64,000 bases of DNA, taken from the NCBI GenBank assembly GCA_038818725.1, contig JAWAYL010000001.1, positions 5,676-69,675 on the forward strand, in the 5' to 3' direction. Shown piece after piece: positions 20,018-29,934 of the stretch. The notes beneath the pieces were generated by a model, which saw only the letters and a list, made by a program, of their open reading frames with translations, ran no database searches and was not told the origin of the DNA. This DNA is from Thermoplasmatota archaeon. Its GTDB lineage: Archaea > Thermoplasmatota > E2 > UBA202 > JdFR-43. Within the stretch, counting starts at the first letter, position 1; every line of letters begins with the position of its first letter. A program made the translations under genes and the position numbers.

Positions 20018-21137
20018 AGAGGAGGTTGTTTTTCTTATTTATGACCTAATAGAAGTAAGGATTGATAAAAAAATTTATGAAAAATATAGAAATAAATATA
20101 CAGATGAAGAAATAATTACCTCCTGTCCTTTTAAGGAAGTTTATAATGCGATAACTGGGAGAAAATTATATTTTATATCTGAGGAAAGTGAAATACCATT
20201 AATTGGATATACTTCTTTTGGACTTATAGATAGAGATACAAATATTATTCAAGTTCGTCCTATATCCGGATGTAATTTAAATTGCATATTCTGCTCTGTT
20301 GATGAAGGAAAAAGTAAAACAAGATTTGTTGACTATATGGTAGATGTTGATTATCTTTTAAAAGAATTTGAGGAAATTGCAAAAATGAAAAGAAAAAAAT
20401 GCAATTTTATAGAAGCCCATATAGATGGGCAAGGTGAGCCATTTTTATATCCATACATTGAAAAACTAATTAAGGGATTAAAAGAGATTGCAGATGTTGT
20501 ATCTATACAAACAAATGGAACTCTACTTGATAAGAAAAAAATAAGAAGATTAGAAGGATATTTAGATAGAATAAATCTTTCAATAAATGCAATTGATAAA
20601 AATCTTGCAGAAAAAATAGCGGGATGTAAATATGATGTTGAAAAAATAGTTAGGATAGCTGAAGAAATAGCATTAAGCAGTATAGATTTACTTATTGCTC
20701 CAGTTTGGTTGAAGAATTATAACGATAGTGAAATATTGAAAATAATAGAGTTTGGGAAAAGAATAGGAGCTGGCAAAAGATGGAAACCATTTGGAATACA
20801 AAAGTATGTTAGACATAAATTCGGCAGAAAACCCAAAGGAATAAAGGTTATTGATTTTAAAAAATTTTATGATGAAATTGAAAAAATTGATAAAAGTCTG
20901 CACCTCTATCCAAAGGATTTTGGAATAATAAAATGCAGAGTTTTGCCAAAAAAATTTAAAGTAGGTGAAAAAGTAAGGCTTAAGTTAGAGATGGAAGGGA
21001 GAATGAAAAATGAGATGCTATCTTTTGCAAGAGAAAGAGTTATAAGTATTTTGGGTACAAATAAAAAAATCGGTGATGTTGTTGACGCAAAAATTATAAG
21101 AAATAAACATAACATATATGTTGCAAAAGAGATTTAG
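19992..21137 (+). CDS. Radical SAM protein with a C-terminal TRAM-like domain
   Basis: CNLNCIFCSVDEG gives the Cx3Cx2C radical-SAM cluster motif. The GQGEPFLYP glycine-rich motif binds SAM. The C-terminal KVGEKVRLKLE...IGDVVDAKII beta-barrel is TRAM-like. The start overlaps the upstream ligase gene by 26 nt. Confidence 0.7.
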   Translation: MKYRKILNEEEVVFLIYDLIEVRIDKKIYEKYRNKYTDEEIITSCPFKEVYNAITGRKLYFISEESEIPLIGYTSFGLIDRDTNIIQVRPISGCNLNCIFCSVDEGKSKTRFVDYMVDVDYLLKEFEEIAKMKRKKCNFIEAHIDGQGEPFLYPYIEKLIKGLKEIADVVSIQTNGTLLDKKKIRRLEGYLDRINLSINAIDKNLAEKIAGCKYDVEKIVRIAEEIALSSIDLLIAPVWLKNYNDSEILKIIEFGKRIGAGKRWKPFGIQKYVRHKFGRKPKGIKVIDFKKFYDEIEKIDKSLHLYPKDFGIIKCRVLPKKFKVGEKVRLKLEMEGRMKNEMLSFARERVISILGTNKKIGDVVDAKIIRNKHNIYVAKEI

Positions 21138-21176
21138 TTCAAAAGATTTTAAATATTAGAAAAGATATTTTCAAGA

Positions 21177-21755
21177 ATGATTGAGGAAGGTAGCATTGTG
21201 ACGCCTGGCGATAGGGTTGCAACAACCGAAGAATTGCTTTCTGGGGAAGGTACATATGAGGAGGGAGGGGTGATAAGGGCAAGTATATTCGGAAAATTTG
21301 TTATGGATAAAGAGAGGATGAAAGCTGTTATAAAGCCTTTAACAGATGCGCCTTTGGTATTAAAAGAAGGAGATACTGTTATATGTGAAATAAAGCAGAT
21401 TATGGAAAATATTGTGATTGCAAAAATTCTCCATCTTGCGGGAAATGAAAGGGAAATTGCTGGAGAAAAAGAAGGTGCGATTTTCATTTCAAATATTGAT
21501 AATGAATTTGTTGAGGATGTTAAAAGCAAATTCAGAATAGGAGATATTATAAGAGCAAAAATAGTAAGAGTAGATCCAGTGATTAATTTTTCTACAAAAG
21601 ATAAACATCTTGGGGTTATAAAAGCATTCTGCAGCAACTGCAGAAATATACTTATAAGAAAAAATAATATACTTGAATGCAAAATATGCGGAAGAATAGA
21701 AATAAGAAAAATTGCAGATGATTATGGTTCGGGAAATATTGATAGGGTGATATAA
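21177..21755 (+). CDS. csl4: Exosome complex RNA-binding subunit Csl4 (S1 domain plus Zn-ribbon)
   Basis: N-terminal VTPGDRVATTEELLSGEGTYEEGGVIRASIFG is the typical Csl4 start. C-terminal Zn-ribbon: CSNCRN...CKICG. Confidence 0.65.
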   Translation: MIEEGSIVTPGDRVATTEELLSGEGTYEEGGVIRASIFGKFVMDKERMKAVIKPLTDAPLVLKEGDTVICEIKQIMENIVIAKILHLAGNEREIAGEKEGAIFISNIDNEFVEDVKSKFRIGDIIRAKIVRVDPVINFSTKDKHLGVIKAFCSNCRNILIRKNNILECKICGRIEIRKIADDYGSGNIDRVI

Positions 21756-22015
21756 TGGAGATAAAAATAAAAAAGGATAGTGAAAAAGAAATAGAGTTTG
21801 AATTAATAGGAGAAAAAACAATTTTAAATCCGTTAAAGCAAAAACTATTGCAATATGAGGAAGTAGAATATGCGGAGTGGAGAATAGAACATCCTCTTAT
21901 CTCCAATCCAGAATTTTATATTAGAGTTAGTAAAGGAAATGCTAAAAAAATTCTTAAAAAAGCGATAAAAGAAATAAAAGAAGAGATTGAAGAATTAGAA
22001 AGTTGCATAGAGTAA
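21755..22015 (+). CDS. rpoL: DNA-directed RNA polymerase subunit L (Rpb11 homolog)
   Basis: 86 aa. IEFELIGEKTILNPLKQKLLQYEEVEYAEWRIEHPLISNPEFYIRV follows the RpoL consensus. Adjacent to csl4, as is common in archaea. Confidence 0.65.
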   Translation: MEIKIKKDSEKEIEFELIGEKTILNPLKQKLLQYEEVEYAEWRIEHPLISNPEFYIRVSKGNAKKILKKAIKEIKEEIEELESCIE

Positions 22016-23275
22016 ATGGAAAAGAGCATTGGCATAGAAGTTTTTTTAACAAAATCACCTGGAATAGGAGGAAAAATAAAGACTTTTCCAGAAGATTTTG
22101 TTGTTGAAGAGTTACCTGTTTATCCAAAACCAGGTGATGGAAAATTTGTGATAGCAAAAGTAAAATCAATCAACTGGGAGGCAAATCGCCTTATAGAAGC
22201 ACTCGCCTCTTCTCTTAAAATATCTTCAAATTCTATAGGTTATGCAGGTATAAAGGATAGAAGGGCAGTAACAATTCAGACTATGTCATTTCCATCAGAG
22301 ATTGAAAATTTAAGAAAAGTAAATTTGAAGGATGTAAAAATAGATATACTATATAAATCAAGAGAAAGAATTTATAGAGGAAAATTAATAGGCAATTATT
22401 TTCATATTATTGTTAGAAATATAAAAGGAGGGCGCGAAGATGTCGAAAGAATAATGGAGGAAATAATAAAAATAGGTGGTTTCCCAAACTTTTTTGGCGT
22501 GCAGCGATTTGGCATTGCCCGCCCAGTAACGCATCTGGTGGGGAAATACATAATAAAAAATGAAATGAAGAAGGCGGTTATGACATATGTAGCAAACCCA
22601 ATGCAAGGAGAAGATGAGGAAAGCTATAAGGCAAGAAAATTTTTAGAAGAAACAGAAGATTTTGAAAAAAGCCTTGAGATTTATCCGAAGAAATTGGTTT
22701 TTGAAAGAAGAATAATAAAGCATTTGTCAGAAAATAAAGATGACTGGGCTGGAGCGATTTTAAAGCTACCAAAAAATCTAATAAAAATATTTGTTCATGC
22801 ATATCAATCATATCTTTTCAATAAAATTTTATCTGAAAGAATAAAAGAAGGAATTTCAATAAAAAAGGCTATTGAAGGAGATATTGTTATTCCTTTCAGT
22901 GGGGAAATACAGACATATGATGGAATAATTGTTACAAAGGAAAATATTGAGAAAATAAATAATCAGATTGAAAAGGGGAAGTGTTATCCATCTGCAATTA
23001 TATTTGGATATGATGCTTTTTTTGCACAAAAGAAAATGGGAGAAATAGAAAAAAAGGTAATTGAGGAAGAAGGAATAAGCCAAGAAGATTTTAAAGTAAA
23101 ACATTTGCCTTTTCTTTCAAGCAGGGGAATGAGAAGAATAATATTTGTCCCAATAAAAAATTTAAAATGGAAGGTAGAGGAAAATAATTTATTTATTGAC
23201 TTTTTTCTTCCAAAGGGATGCTATGCAACATCTTTGCTAAGAGAAATAATGAAAGGTGAGATATATGATTACTGA
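22016..23275 (+). CDS. truD: tRNA pseudouridine(13) synthase TruD
   Basis: GIKDRRAVTIQ (catalytic Asp region) and FPNFFGVQRFG (TruD NYFG.QRFG motif). Confidence 0.8.
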   Translation: MEKSIGIEVFLTKSPGIGGKIKTFPEDFVVEELPVYPKPGDGKFVIAKVKSINWEANRLIEALASSLKISSNSIGYAGIKDRRAVTIQTMSFPSEIENLRKVNLKDVKIDILYKSRERIYRGKLIGNYFHIIVRNIKGGREDVERIMEEIIKIGGFPNFFGVQRFGIARPVTHLVGKYIIKNEMKKAVMTYVANPMQGEDEESYKARKFLEETEDFEKSLEIYPKKLVFERRIIKHLSENKDDWAGAILKLPKNLIKIFVHAYQSYLFNKILSERIKEGISIKKAIEGDIVIPFSGEIQTYDGIIVTKENIEKINNQIEKGKCYPSAIIFGYDAFFAQKKMGEIEKKVIEEEGISQEDFKVKHLPFLSSRGMRRIIFVPIKNLKWKVEENNLFIDFFLPKGCYATSLLREIMKGEIYDY

Positions 23276-24104
23276 TTTGCTATTTTTTGATAATCATATG
23301 CATCTTAGAGAAGATGGAAAATATATTGAAGAAATAAAGGAATTCAGAAAGCATGGAGGAAAATACCTAAATTATTGTCCATATACAGATATTAAAAAAA
23401 TAATTGAAGGAAAAAGTTATTTATCATGCTATGAAAAAGGTTTAAAAATTGCAAAAAATGCCATGGAAAAAGTAGATGTTAAGATATTTCTTACAGTTGG
23501 TCCATATCCTGTTGATTATATAAAAATGAGAGATTTGCTTGGAAAAGAAAGAGCTATGGAATTGATGAAAAAAGGCATGGAGGAGGCTGGCAATTTTTGC
23601 AAGGAAGGAAAAGCAATAGCAATTGGTGAAATCGGAAGACCGCATTTTAAAGTAAGCGAGGAAATATTAGAAGAGAGTAATGAAATTATGAAATATGGAA
23701 TAGAAATTGCAAAAGATATAGGTGTTCCAGTAGTGCTACATATGGAAGGAGCAAATCAATCAAATATGAAAGAAATATCAGAAATTGCAGAAAAGGTTGG
23801 AATTAAAAAAGATAAAGTAATAAAGCATTTTTCCCCTCCAATAGTAAGAGAAGAGGAAAATTTTGGCATTTTTCCTTCAATAATTGCAACAGAAAAAAAT
23901 ATTGAAGAAGCAATAAATAAAGGAAAAAGATTTATGTTAGAAACAGATTATCTTGATGATTTAAGGAGGCCGGGGGCAGTGCTTTCTCTTAAAACTATAC
24001 CATTAAAGATAAAAAATCTTTTAATTAAAGAAAAAATGAGCTATGAAGATGCTATGATTATAAATAAGGACAATCCAGAGAAAATTTATGGAATAGAATT
24101 ATAA
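23265..24104 (+). CDS. TatD-like metal-dependent hydrolase
   Basis: MITDLLFFDNHMHLRED carries the N-terminal HxH metal-binding motif of TatD/amidohydrolase-fold enzymes. The track ORF starts at an upstream GTG at 23256; the ATG at 23265 is preceded by GGTGA. Confidence 0.45.
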   Translation: MITDLLFFDNHMHLREDGKYIEEIKEFRKHGGKYLNYCPYTDIKKIIEGKSYLSCYEKGLKIAKNAMEKVDVKIFLTVGPYPVDYIKMRDLLGKERAMELMKKGMEEAGNFCKEGKAIAIGEIGRPHFKVSEEILEESNEIMKYGIEIAKDIGVPVVLHMEGANQSNMKEISEIAEKVGIKKDKVIKHFSPPIVREEENFGIFPSIIATEKNIEEAINKGKRFMLETDYLDDLRRPGAVLSLKTIPLKIKNLLIKEKMSYEDAMIINKDNPEKIYGIEL

Positions 24105-24221
24105 TGAAAGGAAGGGAATTATCATTTCTTTTCCACATTTCTGGCAGACATAATATAATCTACCATTAAAAGAATGACCTTTCATTTCTGCTCCACATTC
24201 TGGGCATTTTTTTGCTATCAT
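24099..24221 (-). CDS. Unannotated 40-aa zinc-ribbon protein
   Basis: Reverse-strand ORF MIAKKCPECGAEMKGHSFNGRLYYVCQKCGKEMIIPFLSL has two CxxCG knuckles 16 residues apart. Below the size cutoff of the ORF track. Lies in the gap between the TatD-like and dCMP deaminase genes. Confidence 0.4.
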   Translation of the reverse strand: MIAKKCPECGAEMKGHSFNGRLYYVCQKCGKEMIIPFLSL

Positions 24222-24273
24222 TCTGCTAACTATATCTAATCTCAATATTTAAATTTTTTGGACAAGTTTAAAA

Positions 24274-24735
24274 ATGTATCATTGCATTTCCTTCATGGAA
24301 AGAATGTCCTATGATGAATATTTCATGGAAATTGCAAAAATTGTTTCAAAAAGATCAACATGCTTGAGGAGAAATGTAGGAGCGGTAATAGTTAAGGATA
24401 AACATATCCTATCGACTGGTTATAATGGCGCTCCAAAAGGATTCAAGCATTGTAGCGAGGTTGGTTGTTTAAGAGAAAAGCTTGGAATAAAAAGAGGAGA
24501 AAGGCATGAGCTTTGCCGAGGGTTGCATGCTGAGCAAAATGCGATAATACAAGCGGCGGTTTTTGGTGTGGCAATAAAAGATGCATCTATTTATGTAACT
24601 GATTTTCCTTGTAGCGTGTGTGCAAAAATGCTTGTGAATGCTGGAATAAAAGAATTAATATATATGAATGATTATCCAGATGAGTTTGCAGAAAAAATAC
24701 TTGAAGAAAGCAAAATAAAGGTGAGGAAGTTATGA
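24274..24735 (+). CDS. dCMP deaminase / CMP-dCMP deaminase family zinc enzyme
   Basis: HAEQNAI (zinc-binding His and catalytic Glu) and [14 protein letters not shown] (the CxxC zinc ligands). Confidence 0.8.
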   Translation: MYHCISFMERMSYDEYFMEIAKIVSKRSTCLRRNVGAVIVKDKHILSTGYNGAPKGFKHCSEVGCLREKLGIKRGERHELCRGLHAEQNAIIQAAVFGVAIKDASIYVTDFPCSVCAKMLVNAGIKELIYMNDYPDEFAEKILEESKIKVRKL

Positions 24736-25505
24736 TGGAAAGGGAAAAAATGCTATCATTTATAAGAGAAATAATTGTTGCAGTAGCATTTATATGTATA
24801 ATATTGATTATTTTATGGGGTTATACAGGGCAATTTCCTCATTCCCCAATGGTAGTTGTTACATCAAGCTCTATGATGCATAGCGATGCATCTTTTGGAA
24901 AAATAGGAACAATTGATCCAGGAGATTTAGTTTTAGTTAAAAAAGCAAAGGAAATAATTACAAGAGAGGAAGGTAAAAAAATTGGCTACGCTACATATCG
25001 TGACTATGGAGATGTTATAATATATTATCCAAATGGAAATAAAAAAGCAACTCCCATAATTCATCGCGCTATCTGCTGGGTGGAGAAAAATAAAGATGGA
25101 ACATATACTGTGGAGGAATATGGAATATATGACAAAGAAAGCATAACAATTCCTGAACTTGAATTAAGAAATTACAAGCCACCCCATAGTGGGTATATTA
25201 CAAAAGGAGACAACAACGGAAATTTAAGTGATCAGGCAACTGAATTAAGCTCGCCAGTAAAGCCAGAGTGGATTTTAGGAAAAGCTCGAGGCGAGATACC
25301 ATGGTTTGGACTAATAAAATTAATAATTTTTGGTAACGAAAATGGATATCATGGAAATGATGCTGTATGGATAGGAAGAGCAGTTGCTCCAAGAGATGAA
25401 TGGATATGCCTTGGCATATCTCTTTTTGTCATAATAGGAATACCAAGCATATGGGATGCATACAATTATTATAAAAAATGGAAATCAAAGAAGCTTAGAT
25501 TGTAA
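24732..25505 (+). CDS. Archaeal signal peptidase I (Sec11/S26B-like)
   Basis: N-terminal TM anchor, then [31 protein letters not shown] resembles the S26B catalytic Ser box (SGSM.P). Four-nt overlap with the upstream gene. Confidence 0.55.
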   Translation: MMEREKMLSFIREIIVAVAFICIILIILWGYTGQFPHSPMVVVTSSSMMHSDASFGKIGTIDPGDLVLVKKAKEIITREEGKKIGYATYRDYGDVIIYYPNGNKKATPIIHRAICWVEKNKDGTYTVEEYGIYDKESITIPELELRNYKPPHSGYITKGDNNGNLSDQATELSSPVKPEWILGKARGEIPWFGLIKLIIFGNENGYHGNDAVWIGRAVAPRDEWICLGISLFVIIGIPSIWDAYNYYKKWKSKKLRL

Positions 25506-26702
25506 CTTTGGCTTATAATCTTTTAAATTTGGTAAATCACCGCTCTTTTCAATTGTTTCTTTTATTTTATCAGGCGAAAACACTTCTATTTCTCTTGTTC
25601 TTCCATATCTCCCTTTAGAAATTACTCTTGCAGTTATTATTCCAAGCATATCAAGTTCAGATACTAAATCAGCAACTCTTCTCTGAGTTAAAGCACTTAT
25701 TCCAGAAATTTTGCATAAATCCTTATATATTTCATATAAATCTCCAGTTGTTAAATCCTCATAAAATTCATTTCCTATTATTGCAGCCATAAGAACAATT
25801 TTTGACTGTACTGGCAGTGTCTTAACAATTTCATTAACCCTATCAAGTTCTATTTTATTTTCCGCAATTTTTACATGCCTTTCCGTAATTTTTTTCTCTC
25901 CTTCCCTTTCAGCGATTTCAGCGGCAACACGAAGCAAATCAAGAGCGCGCCTTGCGTCGCCATGCTCCTGGGCAGCCAAAGCGGCGCATAGCGGAATTAC
26001 ATTTTCTTCTAGGGTATTTTCTTTAAGAGCTGTTGTTGCTCTCTCCATCAGTATATCTGCAAGTTCATCAGCAGTATATGGAGGAAAAACAATATTTTCC
26101 TGTCCAAGAGAAGATTTTATCCTTGGATCAAGAAATTCTGTGAATTTTAAATCATTGGATATCCCAATTATGGAAGCTTTTGCTTTTTTTAAATCATAAT
26201 TTATGCGAGATAAATTGTATAAAACCTCATCATCCTTTACTTTATCTACTTCATCAAGCACTATTATCGTCACCCCTCCTGCCCTATCTATTGTTTCAAC
26301 AAGTTTTGAATAAACTTCATCTGTTGGCCACCCAGTAAAAGGAATTCGCTCCTCCCATTTCTTTATAAAATGATTTGATATATTTTGCAAAACTCTATAT
26401 TGGGTATCTACAATCTCGCAATTTATATAAACAAAATTTGTTGATATTTTTAGCTCCTCTCCTTTTTTAACCAGCTGTTTCCCCATAAATTTTGCCACAG
26501 CAGTTTTTCCAGTTCCAGTTTTTCCATAAATAAAAACATTTGATGGATTTTCTCCTCTCAAAGCAGGGGCAAGTATTTTTGCAAGCTCTTCTATCTGTTT
26601 TTCTCTGTGTGGCAAAATATCGGGAATATATGAATGAGATAAAACTTCCCTGTTCTTGAAAATGCTTTCTGAGCCGATTAAGTTATGAAACACGTCTTTC
26701 AT
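25485..26702 (-). CDS. cdc6: Orc1/Cdc6 replication initiator (AAA+ ATPase plus winged helix)
   Basis: Walker A GKTGTGKTAVAKF, Walker B IIVLDEVD, sensor motifs, C-terminal winged helix. The probable start is the ATG at 26702 (MKDVFHNL...); the track ORF begins at an upstream TTG at 26732. Confidence 0.85.
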   Translation of the reverse strand: MKDVFHNLIGSESIFKNREVLSHSYIPDILPHREKQIEELAKILAPALRGENPSNVFIYGKTGTGKTAVAKFMGKQLVKKGEELKISTNFVYINCEIVDTQYRVLQNISNHFIKKWEERIPFTGWPTDEVYSKLVETIDRAGGVTIIVLDEVDKVKDDEVLYNLSRINYDLKKAKASIIGISNDLKFTEFLDPRIKSSLGQENIVFPPYTADELADILMERATTALKENTLEENVIPLCAALAAQEHGDARRALDLLRVAAEIAEREGEKKITERHVKIAENKIELDRVNEIVKTLPVQSKIVLMAAIIGNEFYEDLTTGDLYEIYKDLCKISGISALTQRRVADLVSELDMLGIITARVISKGRYGRTREIEVFSPDKIKETIEKSGDLPNLKDYKPKLQSKLL

Positions 26703-26733
26703 TTTCTCCCCAAAAATCAACAATAAATGCAAA

Positions 26734-27516
26734 TTAATAAATAAATTTTTTGTGACAATTGCATTTAGGATTTATTGGCAGTTCAAAAATATCGAAAAAG
26801 TTTCTATAACCATCATAGTAAAAAACATTTTTTATGTAATTTTTCATCGAATGAGTAATTTTCAATGCTTCTTGTACTTGAAATGATGCTATTATGCTTG
26901 CTGTATTTATATCTGATGCAATTTTTGGCTCAAAATATTTTATTCCATTTCCAGTGCAACTAAATCTTTTTTTCAAAATCTCTTCATGAGTTGAATTTAT
27001 ATAGCATTCAAAACAGCTTGTTTCGGGAGGAAAAATCACTTGCACTTTTCCAACTTGCCCATCTATTGCTCCATCTATATAAGGAATTCTGTAATGATAG
27101 CAGAATGAATTTATATGAAGGCGCGCTTCAATATTATCAACGCATCCAATAACTAAATCATGCGATTGAATAAATTCATCTGGCATCTCCTCTATTTTTT
27201 TATTGAAATATTTTATTTTAGCTTCCTTATCAATCTTTTTTAACCTTTTTGCAAGAACTTCTGCTTTAAATTTCCCCTTATCCTTTTCATTGAAAAAAAT
27301 GCATCTGCTCAAATTTGAAATGACTATTTTATCTGCATCAACTATATCTATATTTTTATATCCAGATAACATTAAATTTTTGCAAACTTCATTTCCTAGC
27401 GCACCTGCTCCAACAACAAGAATTTTTTTATTCCTTACTTTTTCAATATCAAACCATTCATATAATTTAAGTCTGCTATATTTATCTTCATCAATGCTAC
27501 CTACTTTTATCTCCAT
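26734..27516 (-). CDS. E1-like activating enzyme of the ThiF/MoeB/UbaA family
   Basis: Rossmann ATP motif ILVVGAGALGNEVCKNL and two zinc-binding CxxC pairs (CFEC ... CNCH). 260 aa. Confidence 0.65.
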   Translation of the reverse strand: MEIKVGSIDEDKYSRLKLYEWFDIEKVRNKKILVVGAGALGNEVCKNLMLSGYKNIDIVDADKIVISNLSRCIFFNEKDKGKFKAEVLAKRLKKIDKEAKIKYFNKKIEEMPDEFIQSHDLVIGCVDNIEARLHINSFCYHYRIPYIDGAIDGQVGKVQVIFPPETSCFECYINSTHEEILKKRFSCTGNGIKYFEPKIASDINTASIIASFQVQEALKITHSMKNYIKNVFYYDGYRNFFDIFELPINPKCNCHKKFIY

Positions 27517-27583
27517 ATAAAAAATTAATTTTCTGGAAAAAAATTTTTCGGAAGATATTATAAATATTTAATGTTTTACATTC

Positions 27584-28288
27584 ATGTTTGAAAAAAGGCA
27601 TGGCGTAATAATTGCATGCGATGTTGAAGATATACAAAAATTGAAAGAGCTTGTTGAAAAAACATATGGCATAGAGGGAATTGTTGGCTATAAAATAGGA
27701 GCAAACCTTGCTTTAAAATATGGCTTAAAAAATATAATGGAAGAAATAGATTTTCATCTTCCTGTTATTTATGATCATCAGAAAGCTGGAACAGATATTC
27801 CTCAAATAGCAGACAAGTTTGCAAAAGCCTGCCAGCAAGCAGGCGTAAAAGGCGTAATAATTTTCCCGCAGGCTGGCCCAAAAAGCGAGGAGGCATTTAT
27901 AGATGCAATATTTGCAAATGAAATGGTGCCCATGGTTGGAGGGGAGATGACACATGAAAAATATTTGTATGAGGAAGGTGGATTTATAATCGATAGCGCT
28001 CCTTCTAGGATATATGAAATTGCCGCAAAGAAAAAAGTTGAGTATTTTATTCTTCCAGGAAATAAGGAAGAAGCGATAAAAAAATATCATATGATTATAG
28101 CAAGCATGATAAATGAGCCAAAATATTGCATGCCAGGCATAGGAAGACAAGGAGGAGAAATAAAAAAAGCATTTAGCTTGCTTCTTGGGTATTCTTCATA
28201 TGCAATTGTTGGTTCATCTATATATGATAGCAATAATATAGAAAAATCTGCAAAATTTTTTGCAAAGGAGGCGATGGAATTTGAATGA
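27584..28288 (+). CDS. Orotidine-5'-phosphate decarboxylase-like (PyrF/KGPDC TIM-barrel family)
   Basis: VIIACDVEDIQKL ... GYKIGANLAL ... IYDHQKAGTDIPQI fits the D.K...DIP substrate-binding pattern. Adjacent to a PyrE-like gene. Confidence 0.5.
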   Translation: MFEKRHGVIIACDVEDIQKLKELVEKTYGIEGIVGYKIGANLALKYGLKNIMEEIDFHLPVIYDHQKAGTDIPQIADKFAKACQQAGVKGVIIFPQAGPKSEEAFIDAIFANEMVPMVGGEMTHEKYLYEEGGFIIDSAPSRIYEIAAKKKVEYFILPGNKEEAIKKYHMIIASMINEPKYCMPGIGRQGGEIKKAFSLLLGYSSYAIVGSSIYDSNNIEKSAKFFAKEAMEFE

Positions 28289-28940
28289 AAAAGAAATTTT
28301 TATAGAATTTTACAGGCGCGGGCTAATAAAAACATGGAAAAGAGATAAACCAGAAGGATGGAAGCTTTTATCTGGAATATGGTCGCCATTTTATGTTCAA
28401 TTTCGAAATCTTCCATCTCATCCAGATTTATTAAACATTGCTGGAAAATTGCTTGCTAAAAAAATAAAAGGAAAAGGAAATAAAATTCTTGGAATAGCGA
28501 TGGCAGGCATACCAATAGCAACAGCAGTTAGCTTGCATTCAATGCTTCCAATGTGCTATACAAGAAAAGATTCAGCAGGCTATGGAGAGCATTCTCTAGT
28601 TGAGGGAGAAATAGAAAATGGAGATAACTTTATTGCAGTTGATGATGTTGTTACAAAATTTGATAGCAAATTAAACGCCATAAAGCAGCTTGAAGAAGAG
28701 GCAAAAAAAAGAAACTGCACTGTTAAATGCGAAAATGTCGCAGTTATAATAGATAGGCAGCAGGGGGCAGAAGAAGCAGCAGAAAAATATGGAATAAAAA
28801 TTCATTCGCTAATAAAATTTAAAAATCACATCAAATGGCTAAAAGAGGAAATGAGTAACGAAGAATATGAGTTAATAATTGATTATTTAAACAATCCAGA
28901 AAAATATCAAGATGAAGAAGAAAGAAGGAAATTTTTATAG
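28260..28940 (+). CDS. Orotate phosphoribosyltransferase-like (type I PRTase)
   Basis: PRPP-binding motif FIAVDDVVTKFDSK and a PyrE-like N-terminal region (SGIWSPFYVQFRNLPSHPDLL). The start codon is uncertain: TTG at 28260 or 28281. Confidence 0.55.
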   Translation: MQRRRWNLNEKEIFIEFYRRGLIKTWKRDKPEGWKLLSGIWSPFYVQFRNLPSHPDLLNIAGKLLAKKIKGKGNKILGIAMAGIPIATAVSLHSMLPMCYTRKDSAGYGEHSLVEGEIENGDNFIAVDDVVTKFDSKLNAIKQLEEEAKKRNCTVKCENVAVIIDRQQGAEEAAEKYGIKIHSLIKFKNHIKWLKEEMSNEEYELIIDYLNNPEKYQDEEERRKFL

Positions 28941-29121
28941 ATTTATAATAAGATTGTTTCATTTTCTATACTTTTCCAATTCTATAGGCTGATACAGATT
29001 AGCCTTTCTAATATAAAAATCTAACTATTTTTTAGATGGATTTGTTGCTTCTGAAAATTTCGAAAAAATAGGAAAATGCTATGCCAGCTAGCATTGTTTT
29101 CTAGATCAAACACTAAAGCAA

Positions 29122-29523
29122 ATGTTTCCAAGACTTGAAAGAATAAAGAAATCAGTGTATGCAAGGATAAAATTTGTAATATTTATGAAGCTAAAAGGAA
29201 TAAAATCAATTAAAAAAGGAACTTCTTCTTATGAAACAATAAGACATTTCATAAATGATCTTTTGCCAGAAAAAATAGAAGAAATTTTCTATGCTGTTGT
29301 TGAATGTCATTATGGAATTGAATTTCTTTATAGAATTCAAGAGGGTTGGAAATATAACGAAAAAGGAGATGAAAGATATATCAAAAGAACGTATAGTAAA
29401 TATTGGAAGGAAAAAGGTTTTAATCCAAATGCAAGCATAGAAGAGAAGTTAAAATTTCTTTACAGAAAAGGAGAATATGAAGTGAAGAAAATGAAGGCAT
29501 CAGAGAAAATTACTCAAAATTAA
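29122..29523 (+). CDS. Hypothetical Lys-rich protein, 133 aa
   Basis: ORF only; no recognisable motif. Confidence 0.25.
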   Translation: MFPRLERIKKSVYARIKFVIFMKLKGIKSIKKGTSSYETIRHFINDLLPEKIEEIFYAVVECHYGIEFLYRIQEGWKYNEKGDERYIKRTYSKYWKEKGFNPNASIEEKLKFLYRKGEYEVKKMKASEKITQN

Positions 29524-29847
29524 GAAACAAAAATGAATATTTTAATTCCTTTATAAAGCAACATGCTGGTTTTGAAACAGATATTCCAAGAAAAGGTAGA
29601 GATAGGGCATTTTTCCACACAACTTTGTGCTTGCTTTCCTTAAATCTTGCTGCTTTAACAAAATTGCAAAATGGAGTTACTGAAACTCTTATAAGTGTAG
29701 TATATCTGGTTTAAACATCCAAAATTTACAAAAATTGTTAAAATTCATTGATTTTTCAAAAATTGCATAGAAATTTTTGCATTTTTGTTAAAATTAATAC
29801 AAAAATTTTAGTTTTGGATATTGGTCAATAATTTATTTCAACAAAAA

Positions 29848-29872
29848 ACAGATTTAAAAATTGTAAATCTGT
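29848..29872. promoter_or_regulatory. Perfect 9-bp inverted repeat (ACAGATTTA N7 TAAATCTGT) about 60 bp upstream of the proteasome beta gene
   Basis: Seen directly in sequence. A candidate operator or regulator-binding site, followed by a TTTATATA TATA-like box at 29888-29895. Confidence 0.3.
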
Positions 29873-29934
29873 ATCTGCCTCACGAAATATTTATATACCA
29901 TTGCTATATTAAAATTGCTATTTTGAGGGATATT

